Positions 1 to 10,026 of a stretch of DNA of 64,000 nucleotides are shown piece after piece; the first letter of the stretch is position 1; each line of letters opens with the position of its first letter. The stretch comes from Gemmatimonadota bacterium. Its GTDB lineage: Bacteria > Gemmatimonadota > Gemmatimonadetes > Gemmatimonadales > GWC2-71-9. Made by a program: the position numbers and the translations under genes. Under the pieces are notes generated by a model. The model saw nothing but the letters and a program-made list of their open reading frames with translations. It was not told the origin of the DNA and did not search any database. The stretch is from the NCBI GenBank assembly GCA_039586365.1, contig JBDHKN010000004.1, positions 29,036 to 93,035 on the forward strand, in the 5' to 3' direction.

Positions 1-2
1 TC

Positions 3-641
3 GAGATCGTCAAGTCGGTTAGCCAGGAGATCAAGAAGTGTTCACCGAACGCCATCGTCGTTGTCGTGTCCAACCCCTTGGACGTCATGTGCTATGTGGC
101 CAAGCAGGTGACAGGATTCCCGCGTGAGCGCGTTTTCGGTATGGCGGGTGTGTTGGACACCGCCAGATTCCGGACCTTTCTCTCGGAAGCCGCAGGCGTT
201 TCCGTCCAGGACATTCAAGCAATGGTGCTGGGCGGACACGGTGACAGTATGGTGCCACTCATATCCACGACCAACGTCTCCGGGATCCCCATAACCAAAT
301 TCATCGATCAGGAGAAGTTGGACGCCATCGTGCAACGCACCCGTATGGGCGGTGGTGAGATCGTAAAGTACCTGAAGACCGGCTCGGCATACTACGCCCC
401 TTCAGCAGGTGCCGTCCAGATGGCTGAGGCGATTGTCAGGGACAAGAAGCGGGTCCTCCCGTGCTCGGTTTGGCTGCAAGGGGAGTACGGCCTGAAAGAC
501 CTCTACTTGGGTGTCCCGTGCAAACTCGGAGCGGGCGGTATGGAAGGAGTCATCGAAGTCGATCTGAGCAAACAGGAGAAGGAGGCTCTCAAGGCCTCGG
601 CCGATTCGGTGAAGAGCGTCCTGGACATCGTCAAACTGTAA
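3..641 (+). CDS. mdh: Malate dehydrogenase (LDH-like MDH), 5' end outside window
   Basis: Open frame from base 3 (EIVKSVSQEIKKCSPNAIVVVVSNPLD); motifs GMAGVLDTARF, VLGGHGDSMVP, GGGEIV..LKTGSAYYAP. Confidence 0.95.
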   Translation, partial: EIVKSVSQEIKKCSPNAIVVVVSNPLDVMCYVAKQVTGFPRERVFGMAGVLDTARFRTFLSEAAGVSVQDIQAMVLGGHGDSMVPLISTTNVSGIPITKFIDQEKLDAIVQRTRMGGGEIVKYLKTGSAYYAPSAGAVQMAEAIVRDKKRVLPCSVWLQGEYGLKDLYLGVPCKLGAGGMEGVIEVDLSKQEKEALKASADSVKSVLDIVKL

Positions 642-663
642 CACGGTACGACGACTTGATCCG

Positions 664-700
664 ATGCGGCCTGGCCCTTCCCGGTCCAGGCCGTATTTTT
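664..700 (+). terminator. Intrinsic terminator after mdh
   Basis: ATGCGGCCTGG...CCAGGCCGTAT stem followed by a T run. Confidence 0.7.
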
Positions 701-731
701 GCTGACCTACTTCTCCTTCGGAGGGTTCCAA

Positions 732-1292
732 ATGGTCACGATCGGTTCCCTTTGGCTGGCGATCTTGCTCTCGGCAGTGGTGGTCTTCGTGCTCAGTGCG
801 ATCTTCTGGACAGTATCGCCGCACCACAAGAAAGACTTCCAGCCGTTACCGGACGAGGATGCCGCTCTCAACGCCCTGAGACCACAGAACCTGCCTCCGG
901 GGCTCTACTGGATGCCGCACGCTGAACCGCATGCGATGAAGGATCCGGCGGTCGTTCAGAAATACCAGCAAGGCCCTGTTGCCATCCTGACCGTGATGCA
1001 ATCAGGAGTGCCTGGGATGGGCAAGAGCATGGCCTTAGCCTTCGTCTGGTATCTAATAGTCGGCGTCTTCGTCGCGTACGTTGCGTCGCGGCACCTGCCA
1101 GCCGGAGCGGAGTATCTGACGGTGCATCGACTGGTGTCGGTGGCTGCGTTCTTGGCATACGGAATGAGCGTGGTTCAGGACTCCATCTGGTTCGGCCGCC
1201 CGTGGAGCTTCTCATTCAAGATCCTGCTGGATGGGCTGGTATACGGTCTGTTCACCGGGGGGGTGTTCGGCTGGCTCTGGCCCGGGGCGTAG
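732..1292 (+). CDS. Conserved hypothetical integral membrane protein
   Basis: GGAGG upstream of ATG 732; about four hydrophobic segments; C-terminal GWLWP. Confidence 0.75.
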   Translation: MVTIGSLWLAILLSAVVVFVLSAIFWTVSPHHKKDFQPLPDEDAALNALRPQNLPPGLYWMPHAEPHAMKDPAVVQKYQQGPVAILTVMQSGVPGMGKSMALAFVWYLIVGVFVAYVASRHLPAGAEYLTVHRLVSVAAFLAYGMSVVQDSIWFGRPWSFSFKILLDGLVYGLFTGGVFGWLWPGA

Positions 1293-1294
1293 GT

Positions 1295-1705
1295 CTACTC
1301 TCCGCGGTACTCTACGTAGTTACGGGGCGTCTCCCACAGCACGAGCTTGCTCAACTGGCCCGGGAGACGTCCCTCCAGCAGATTCCAGATGACCACTACC
1401 ATGTTCTCCGTCGTCGGGTTGAGGTCGCTGAACTCCGGCACGTCAAGGTTGAGGTTCTTGTGGTCGAGGTGTCTGACGACGAGCTGCTCCACTATGCGTT
1501 TCACATGACTGAGGTCTGCCACGTAGCCAGTAACCGGATCTATCTCACCCTCTACTGATACGTCCAGTTCGTAGTTGTGCCCGTGATAGTTGGGATTGCT
1601 GCAGGGCCCGAAGACGCGTTCGTTCTCTTCGTCCGACAAATCTTTGCAGCGTAGCCGGTGCGCTGCGTTGAAATGGACTCGGCGAGTCACCGTGACTGTA
1701 GGCAT
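1295..1705 (-). CDS. 6-pyruvoyl-tetrahydropterin synthase / QueD family protein (PTPS-II-like signature)
   Basis: FNAAHRL, CSNPNYHGHNY, LDHKNLN, PTTEN, LWETPRN motifs. Confidence 0.9.
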   Translation of the reverse strand: MPTVTVTRRVHFNAAHRLRCKDLSDEENERVFGPCSNPNYHGHNYELDVSVEGEIDPVTGYVADLSHVKRIVEQLVVRHLDHKNLNLDVPEFSDLNPTTENMVVVIWNLLEGRLPGQLSKLVLWETPRNYVEYRGE

Positions 1706-1712
1706 GCGGAAG

Positions 1713-1741
1713 TAGCTAATGGTGAGGTAGGTGGTGGTCAA
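1713..1741 (-). promoter_or_regulatory. Putative sigma70 promoter for the PTPS gene (leaderless geometry)
   Basis: TTGACC-17 nt-TAGCTA on minus strand, 7 nt before ATG 1705. Confidence 0.45.
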
Positions 1742-1765
1742 GTAGGATGGACCGAATATTGCGCG

Positions 1766-1794
1766 TTGACCGTATCTTATTTTGTTGCTACGTT
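1766..1794 (+). promoter_or_regulatory. Putative sigma70 promoter for the NlpC/P60 gene
   Basis: TTGACC-17 nt-TACGTT. Confidence 0.5.
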
Positions 1795-1812
1795 GGCACT
1801 TACGTCTCTTCT

Positions 1813-2820
1813 ATGAATGAATTCCAAACCATTCGCACGTGGCTCAGCGCCGTGTTGCTGCTCGGGGCGGCCGCTCCCGCCCCGGGCCAAGTCAGGGGCG
1901 TCGATTTGAGCTACGGTCGCTGGTGGAATGGCTCTGCAGCTGTGAGCTATTCTGCCGGGTACTTCAGCGAGCTGCTGGGGCCGCTGGCGTACGGCCTGGG
2001 GGTAACCCATCTCGCCGAGGGCTCCGCCACCGACGACCGCAGACGGACCGGAGGGGAGTTCTCCCTGGCTCTCTCGCGTGGCGGACCCGGGCCCTACGCG
2101 GTGGCCAGTGCTGGCCTTTCCATGGGTCACTCGAGCGGGAGAGTGGACGCCCAGTGGAGTGCCGGGGTTGGGTATTCGTTCAGTCCGTTGCGCTTTCTCT
2201 CTGTTGCGGTGGAATCGCGCTATCGGGTTGAGGACACGGCAGTGAGAGGCTTCTGGAGGTTGCAGCCCGACGACCGGCGTGGGGTCATGCTTCTGGCCAG
2301 AGTTACCGTCGGGGTGGGGAACCGGGAACCGGGACCGCGTACACTGCCTGCGGCTCCGGCCAGGGAGCTGAGGCCACCCAGTGACGCGGAGCTGATCGCT
2401 GCGGCCGGCGACGGGGAGTCGGATGGGACAGCGGCGAACCAGCGGGCTCTCGTGGTGCAGACCGCGCTCGACGCCATGGGAACACCGTACCGCTGGGGAG
2501 GAACGGACGGCAACGGGTTCGACTGCTCCGGTCTGATCCGATACGCCTATGGGGAGCACGGCTTGATCTTGCCGCGCATCAGCCGCGATCAGGCCAGAAC
2601 AGGGACGCAGGTCCAACGTAGCGTTAACGAACTGGTGCCGGGAGATATCCTCGGGTTCGGAGAGGGAGGCAGAATAACTCACGTTGGCCTGTATGTCGGT
2701 GACGGCAAGTTCCTTCACAGTTCGTCGGAAGGGGTCCGACTATCGAGCTTGACCGCCACCGCAGGCGACGGCACGTGGTGGCAGCGACGTTGGGTGAACG
2801 CGCGACGGGTAATCAACTGA
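1813..2820 (+). CDS. Secreted NlpC/P60 (C40) peptidase with N-terminal beta-rich domain
   Basis: Signal peptide; C-terminal GTPYRWGG..GFDCSG and THVGLYVGDGKFLHSS. Confidence 0.88.
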   Translation: MNEFQTIRTWLSAVLLLGAAAPAPGQVRGVDLSYGRWWNGSAAVSYSAGYFSELLGPLAYGLGVTHLAEGSATDDRRRTGGEFSLALSRGGPGPYAVASAGLSMGHSSGRVDAQWSAGVGYSFSPLRFLSVAVESRYRVEDTAVRGFWRLQPDDRRGVMLLARVTVGVGNREPGPRTLPAAPARELRPPSDAELIAAAGDGESDGTAANQRALVVQTALDAMGTPYRWGGTDGNGFDCSGLIRYAYGEHGLILPRISRDQARTGTQVQRSVNELVPGDILGFGEGGRITHVGLYVGDGKFLHSSSEGVRLSSLTATAGDGTWWQRRWVNARRVIN

Positions 2821-3275
2821 CGGAACTCCCTGTCGACCGCCCGGCGGATGGCAGCACCGCTCCCGTTCGAAGCCGCCTGTGAAACAGGCCTGTGAAATCC
2901 CACCGTCGGCTGTATTCCTGCCGAACAGACAAGGGAGCGAGTGCGCATGGCCTGGATTCGGTGGATGAGCGAGCCCGAGCGGGCGACTTTGTACTACGCG
3001 GTGAAGCTCACCAGGGTGCCCACTCCGGTCGGTGGGGACGATGTCACCCTGCTGCGAGCAGCAGGTCTGGCTGACTCGAGGCTCCCGACACCTGTCAGGC
3101 CGTAGCGAACGACAACTGCGTCAATCAAGGGCGCAGGGACTGCGGCTGGAGTTGCGGCCCTACCGAGATCAGCCGGACCGACCGAATTGGCGACGGCTTG
3201 CACCACACCGGTGTCCTGGCGAACGGTTCAAGGTTCGACGGGTCACTGCTCGGTTTGGCCCCGGTTTCGGGTCGC

Positions 3276-3303
3276 TTGACAACGTACCTCCTGCGGCTAT
3301 ACT
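3276..3303 (+). promoter_or_regulatory. Sigma70-type promoter of groESL
   Basis: TTGACA-16 nt-TATACT directly upstream of CIRCE. Confidence 0.8.
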
Positions 3304-3315
3304 TCTGTCCTGTAA

Positions 3316-3342
3316 TTAGCACTCACTGCCATTGAGTGCTAA
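3316..3342. promoter_or_regulatory. CIRCE element (HrcA operator)
   Basis: Perfect TTAGCACTC-N9-GAGTGCTAA between promoter and groES. Confidence 0.97.
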
Positions 3343-3399
3343 TGACGCTAACGTATGTTAAAACCAATCAATCACTTACGCTGATGGAGGGACAGGAAT

Positions 3400-3714
3400 A
3401 TGGCTCCTGCCGCCAAGAGCAAAGGGAAAACCAAGGTCCAGCCTCTGGCCGATCGAGTTGTGATCCGTCCGCTGGACGAGACGCAGGAGATGCGGGGCGG
3501 GCTGTATATCCCCGATACCGCAAAGGAGAAGCCACAGCAAGGGGAGGTCATCGCTGTCGGTCCAGGGAGGGTGGAAAAGGGTGAGCGGGTTCCAATGGAG
3601 CTGCAAGTCGGTGCCAAGGTTCTCTACGGGAAGTACAGCGGGACCGAAGTGACCATCGACGACGACCAGTACCTCATCGTCAAGGAATCGGACGTCCTGG
3701 CCGTAATCGGCTGA
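3400..3714 (+). CDS. groES: Co-chaperonin GroES
   Basis: PLADRVVI, GGLYIPDTAKEKPQQGEVIAVGPG, KYSGTEV. Confidence 0.98.
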   Translation: MAPAAKSKGKTKVQPLADRVVIRPLDETQEMRGGLYIPDTAKEKPQQGEVIAVGPGRVEKGERVPMELQVGAKVLYGKYSGTEVTIDDDQYLIVKESDVLAVIG

Positions 3715-3732
3715 TCGGGCGATTCGGAATAA

Positions 3733-5385
<1,653 letters not shown>

Positions 5386-5420
5386 CGCGCAGGTGCTAGT
5401 CGCACCCTAGGTGCGGATCA

Positions 5421-5458
5421 GGGCGCCTCGGGGAACTCCCCGAGGCGCCCGTTTCTTT
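5421..5458 (+). terminator. Intrinsic terminator after groEL
   Basis: GGGCGCCTCGGGG-AACT-CCCCGAGGCGCCC followed by GTTTCTTT. Confidence 0.9.
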
Positions 5459-5548
5459 GGGTTCCAGCAATCAGTCGTACTCCACCGTTACTCCTAGCTC
5501 TCTCTCCGAAGTATGGCGTCACGCGAACTGGGTTTATAAGTTCAAACC

Positions 5549-5959
5549 ATGAGGTTAGGTGAACTTGTGGTCGTCTTGTTGGTTTCGCTGGCGCCAGCGT
5601 GTCTGAGAGCCCAGTCTCCGACCGCTGACATATCCGGCACATGGGAGGCGGAGACTCCCGACGGTCCGCAGACCGTGATCGTCAGGTCTGATTCTTCCGC
5701 GAGTTTCGGCGAAGAGACGGTACGCTGGAGACTGCTGGCTGACACCATCTATATCGAGTTCGGTGATGAGTGGGTGGGCTACAATTTCCTGCTACAAGGA
5801 GATCTGCTCACACTCTCGGGTGGAGACTTGGAGGAGCCGGTTACCTTGCAGCGCGTTGGGCCAGCGCTGCCCCAGGGTGGCGGCGGATCGACGGAGTTGG
5901 TGAGGAACCCAGGACAACTCCTCCACAGTGAACTCGGGCGGTCAGGACCCACACCCTGA
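5549..5959 (+). CDS. Hypothetical secreted protein (small beta-rich domain)
   Basis: Signal peptide, ISGTWE motif; co-oriented with the next two genes. Confidence 0.6.
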   Translation: MRLGELVVVLLVSLAPACLRAQSPTADISGTWEAETPDGPQTVIVRSDSSASFGEETVRWRLLADTIYIEFGDEWVGYNFLLQGDLLTLSGGDLEEPVTLQRVGPALPQGGGGSTELVRNPGQLLHSELGRSGPTP

Positions 5960-5965
5960 ATCAAA

Positions 5966-8047
5966 GTGACCGATCCTGCTGACGGCACGTCAGGGCAGCG
6001 AACGGGCCGCGCTGCGCTGTCACGCGATCTATCCGATTTCCTGGTGGAATTGTCGATCGCGCTGCACAAGCACGCCATGTATCCCGAGGGGCATCCGTCG
6101 TTGGCGCCAGCGGCCGATCGGGTCCTCCAGCGCCTTGATCCGCTATTGGTCGAGCGTGGCAGCCTGTCGCTGGGAGTGGCCCGCGATCAGCTGGTGATCG
6201 AGGGGGTGGCAACTGATTCGAAGAACCCTGTCCTGGCAGATCTTGCGGGTCGTCTCCATCGCCATCACCTCGGCGCGATAACGTTCCGCCGTGGGGTCGA
6301 TCCCATACAGTTGCACGACGTGCTCACGACGGTTGCAGAAGAAGCCGACAGGACCCACCGGCCCTTGGGTTTGAGGACTGCGTCGGACCTCAACCGATGG
6401 TCTGGTATCACGCTTCACCCAGTCAGCTATGATTCGCTGGAGTTGCTGGAGGAGGCACCGGACGGTGAGCAAGATGCAGTATCCCGCGAGGCCAGGTCGC
6501 AGGCGGCGGCATTGTGGGTGGGGCTGGCGCGGGCCGCCATGGCGACAGAGGAGGCCGACGAAAACGAGCCGTTGCCGAACGCTGAACCGGCGGTGGTGGC
6601 AAAGGCGATTGACGAACGTGGTGGAGACACCGCCTACGATCAGGTGATCGTCGGGTACTTGCTCAAGATCGCGGATGAGCTGCGCACCAGTAGGGGCAAC
6701 GAAGCGATCGCACTCAGGAACCGAATGTCCAAACTCGTATCCCAATTGGATAAGGGGACTGTCGGGCGCTTGCTGCAGATGGGTGGGGACCGAGCCCAAC
6801 GTAGACGGTTCATTCTCAATGCCTCAGAAGGTATGGCGGTGGATGCGGTACTTGAGTTGGTAAAGGCGGCAGGTGACGAGGAGCAGACGGTCTCTCACTC
6901 GATGCTGCGCATGCTTCAGAAGTTGGCGCAGCATGCGGAGACGGGTGTCGGTGAGCGTGGGATCCTAGCCGATTCCGCGATGCGAGAGCAGGTCGTCGAC
7001 TTGATCAAGGGCTGGTCACTCAAGGACCCGAATCCCGACGGGTACGGTCTGGCCCTGCAGCAGGCGTCATCGACGGGTCCCATATTCTCCGTCGCACCGC
7101 AAGCAAAGTTCGCTCCGGAGCCTCGTCGTATGTTTGAGATGGCACTTGAGGTGGACGAAATCGGTGAGGCGGTCAAACGCGCGGTCGATGACTTGGTCGA
7201 GAGTGGCAATCTCAGGATGGTGGTGACGGTCCTCCATGAGTCGCGAGCGACCAAGGTGCCAGACGTTCTGTGGGAGCATCTCGGTACCAAAGAGCGGCTG
7301 GAGTGGATCCTCGCTGCGGAGCCCATCGATGTCGAGGTGTTGGACCGGGTCCTCCTGAGAGTTGGGAGCGATGCCGTCGAGCCAATGCTAGACACCCTGA
7401 GAGAGTCTGATTCTACCCAGACTCGTCGTGTCGTGATAGATCGCCTTGCCCGATATGGTATGGAGCTCGCTCCTGCGATCCTGGCCCGGCTGAACGATCC
7501 CCGGTGGTACGTGCAGCGCAACATGCTGGCTCTTCTGGCACAACTGCCTGAGGTCCCTGCTGACTTCAAAGCGGCTGAATTCCTTCAACACAAGGACGCG
7601 CGCGTGCGGCGCCACGTAGTCGAGCTGGCCCTCAGGATGCCAACCACGTACGAACGAGCTGTGTGTGCGGCGCTGGCCGATTCGGACATCAGAATCGTCC
7701 GGATGGGGCTCGTGGCCGCGCTGCAAGACTGTCCCGAAGCGGCACTGCCGATAGTCGTTCAAAGAGCGCTTGGCGGTGACATGGAAGAGCTGCGGCTTGC
7801 CGCGATCCGAGTTCTCGGAAAATCCAGCCGTAGGTCGGCGATTGATACACTGATTCGCATGGTGGCACCGCGCCGCAAGCTGTTGCGGTGGAGCCTACCG
7901 GCGAAGAGCAAGGTCTTCCTCGCGGCGCTGAGAGCATTGCGACCCCACGGTCGGGACCCTCGCGTGAAACAGGTGCTGGACATTGCCATGCGGACCGGTG
8001 ATGCTGACGTGGTGCAGGCTGCTTCCGGTGCCGAGGAGCAGGACTAG
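5966..8047 (+). CDS. HEAT-repeat protein with N-terminal YPEGH domain
   Basis: 693 aa; repeats such as LNDPRWYVQRN, LQHKDARVRR, LADSDIRIVR. Confidence 0.8.
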   Translation: MTDPADGTSGQRTGRAALSRDLSDFLVELSIALHKHAMYPEGHPSLAPAADRVLQRLDPLLVERGSLSLGVARDQLVIEGVATDSKNPVLADLAGRLHRHHLGAITFRRGVDPIQLHDVLTTVAEEADRTHRPLGLRTASDLNRWSGITLHPVSYDSLELLEEAPDGEQDAVSREARSQAAALWVGLARAAMATEEADENEPLPNAEPAVVAKAIDERGGDTAYDQVIVGYLLKIADELRTSRGNEAIALRNRMSKLVSQLDKGTVGRLLQMGGDRAQRRRFILNASEGMAVDAVLELVKAAGDEEQTVSHSMLRMLQKLAQHAETGVGERGILADSAMREQVVDLIKGWSLKDPNPDGYGLALQQASSTGPIFSVAPQAKFAPEPRRMFEMALEVDEIGEAVKRAVDDLVESGNLRMVVTVLHESRATKVPDVLWEHLGTKERLEWILAAEPIDVEVLDRVLLRVGSDAVEPMLDTLRESDSTQTRRVVIDRLARYGMELAPAILARLNDPRWYVQRNMLALLAQLPEVPADFKAAEFLQHKDARVRRHVVELALRMPTTYERAVCAALADSDIRIVRMGLVAALQDCPEAALPIVVQRALGGDMEELRLAAIRVLGKSSRRSAIDTLIRMVAPRRKLLRWSLPAKSKVFLAALRALRPHGRDPRVKQVLDIAMRTGDADVVQAASGAEEQD

Positions 8048-9217
8048 TTGAGTAATCCGGCCGATTTCCTCAAGTCTCTAGCCCAGACATTGGCCGCCAT
8101 GTCGTTGTATCCCGAGGGACATACCTCGCGGGAAAGAGCCCTGGACTCTGCCTACGAGAAGCTGGTGGATCTCCTCAGCGCGGATGGGAATCCGGTCTAC
8201 TCGTTCATCGGGGAAGAAGTTGTGTACCGTGACATCCCCATCCGGGAGATGCGGAACTGGGAATGGGCCACGCGCTTGTCCGGAATCGGGGTGCAGCGCC
8301 TTGAGTTCGATCGCACCGCCACTCGAGAACAACTCGAGGAGTTTCTGGACGAAGCGCTGAAACGCATCACACTCCGACCTGTCGACACCTCAGAAGCCCG
8401 GCAAATGCGCCCCTCCGGGATCAAATGGGGTGAAATCGGCATCCGTGGAGAAGACGGTTCGCGGATCCGGGAAGTGGAGACGGCCACTTTATCGTTCACT
8501 CTTGGCGATGAAGCAGAGACGATCCGCTGGCTTCATGAGGAGGTGACGTCAGGGGGAGACCTGCCGCTCCTGGAGGCCGAGGCGGTTGTGCGCGGGTTAT
8601 CGGTGGCGATGCACGGGGACCGCAGGATCCTCCTACCGTTGCTCAAGCTGCGGAGCTTCGACGAGTACACCACCACCCACTCGCTGAATGTGTCTGTGCT
8701 CACGATGGCGCTGGCAGAGTGGCTGGAACTGGGTGCCGCAGACGTTCGGGCCTTCGGTGTGGCGGGTTTGTTACATGATCTCGGTAAAGTCAAAGTGCCC
8801 CTCGAGATCCTGAACAAGAGCGGTAGGTTGGATGAGCAAGAACGCGCCGTCATGAACTCCCACCCGGCAGAAGGAGCGCGGCTGATCATTGCGTCCGAGC
8901 CCGACCTCGACATGGCGGCGGTGGTCGCATACGAGCACCACATCATGCTCAACGGCGGTGGGTACCCCAAGTTCTCCTACGCTCGTGACTGCCACAGAGC
9001 GAGCAAGCTTGTGCATGTGTGCGATGTATACGACGCGCTCAGAACCGACCGACCGTATCGCGATGCATGGCCTGCGGACAAGGTACTGGCATATCTGGAA
9101 GAGCGCTCTGGGATAGAGTTTGATGGCAGTATAGCACACGCCTTCACGCGCATGATGCGCGATTGGGAACCGCAGCTCACCACGCTAACTGAGGACGAGG
9201 CGCTACCGGCGGCCTAG
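8048..9217 (+). CDS. HD-GYP domain protein (putative cyclic dinucleotide phosphodiesterase)
   Basis: HSLNV, GLLHDLGK, HHIMLNGGGYP, DVYDAL..DRPYR. Confidence 0.92.
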   Translation: MSNPADFLKSLAQTLAAMSLYPEGHTSRERALDSAYEKLVDLLSADGNPVYSFIGEEVVYRDIPIREMRNWEWATRLSGIGVQRLEFDRTATREQLEEFLDEALKRITLRPVDTSEARQMRPSGIKWGEIGIRGEDGSRIREVETATLSFTLGDEAETIRWLHEEVTSGGDLPLLEAEAVVRGLSVAMHGDRRILLPLLKLRSFDEYTTTHSLNVSVLTMALAEWLELGAADVRAFGVAGLLHDLGKVKVPLEILNKSGRLDEQERAVMNSHPAEGARLIIASEPDLDMAAVVAYEHHIMLNGGGYPKFSYARDCHRASKLVHVCDVYDALRTDRPYRDAWPADKVLAYLEERSGIEFDGSIAHAFTRMMRDWEPQLTTLTEDEALPAA

Positions 9218-10026
9218 GCGAAGCCAGGGAGAAACGGCTGGCTGCCCGATCCCACTACCTCGAATGCCGGCAGCGGGTCACGCTGAGCGGCAATCAGCAG
9301 CTCACCGCGAAAGTCACGCTCAGCGAGCACCCGGGCCACGGTTTCGTGGGCGATGTCGGGCCGGTTGCACTTGTCGCTGAGGTGAACCAGGACCACGGTG
9401 CCGAGCCCCCTGTGGCATAGGTCCTCCAACAACTGCGCTGCGGCGCGGTTGGATAGATGGCCACTTGATCCCGAGATTCGCTCCCTGACCGAAGGCGGGT
9501 AGGGTCCGGTCCGAAGCATCGCGTCATCGTGGTTGGCCTCAACGATGAGGCAGTTGCAGTCCCGCAGTAAGTGCCGTACTCCGGGCGAAGCCCGACCGAT
9601 GTCGTAGGCCAGTCCCAGCTTGGTTCCCGTGGTTGGGTTCTCAACGGTGATGGCGACCGGCTCAGCCGCGTCATGGTTGGTGCGGCAGGTCCTAACGGTG
9701 AAGGGGCCAATGGAGACTGCACGCAGCGGTTCCAGTGGAACGGTCTCGATTGCTTCCAGTGCTCGCGTCATGGCCGCGAGGGTGCCAGCCGATGCGTAGA
9801 CGGGGCATTCGAGCTGCTGTGCCAAGCGTGATGCGGCTCGGGTGTGGTCCCCGTGCTCGTGAGTGAGCACGATCCCAACCGCAGAGTCGAAGCCGATGCC
9901 TACCTGTGCTGCACGATGCACCAGGGTTCGAGGGCTGAATCCCGCGTCAAGCACCAAGGTTGCCCTGTGGGATTCGATAGCTATGCAGTTGCCCTGGCTG
10001 CCAGAACCCAGGACCCCCACTCTCAT
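9214..10026 (-). CDS. MBL-fold metallo-hydrolase (YycJ/WalJ-like)
   Basis: LGSGSQGN, THEHGDH, EANHD, GHLSN, LVHLS; ATGA overlap with upstream gene. Confidence 0.9.
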   Translation of the reverse strand: MRVGVLGSGSQGNCIAIESHRATLVLDAGFSPRTLVHRAAQVGIGFDSAVGIVLTHEHGDHTRAASRLAQQLECPVYASAGTLAAMTRALEAIETVPLEPLRAVSIGPFTVRTCRTNHDAAEPVAITVENPTTGTKLGLAYDIGRASPGVRHLLRDCNCLIVEANHDDAMLRTGPYPPSVRERISGSSGHLSNRAAAQLLEDLCHRGLGTVVLVHLSDKCNRPDIAHETVARVLAERDFRGELLIAAQRDPLPAFEVVGSGSQPFLPGFA

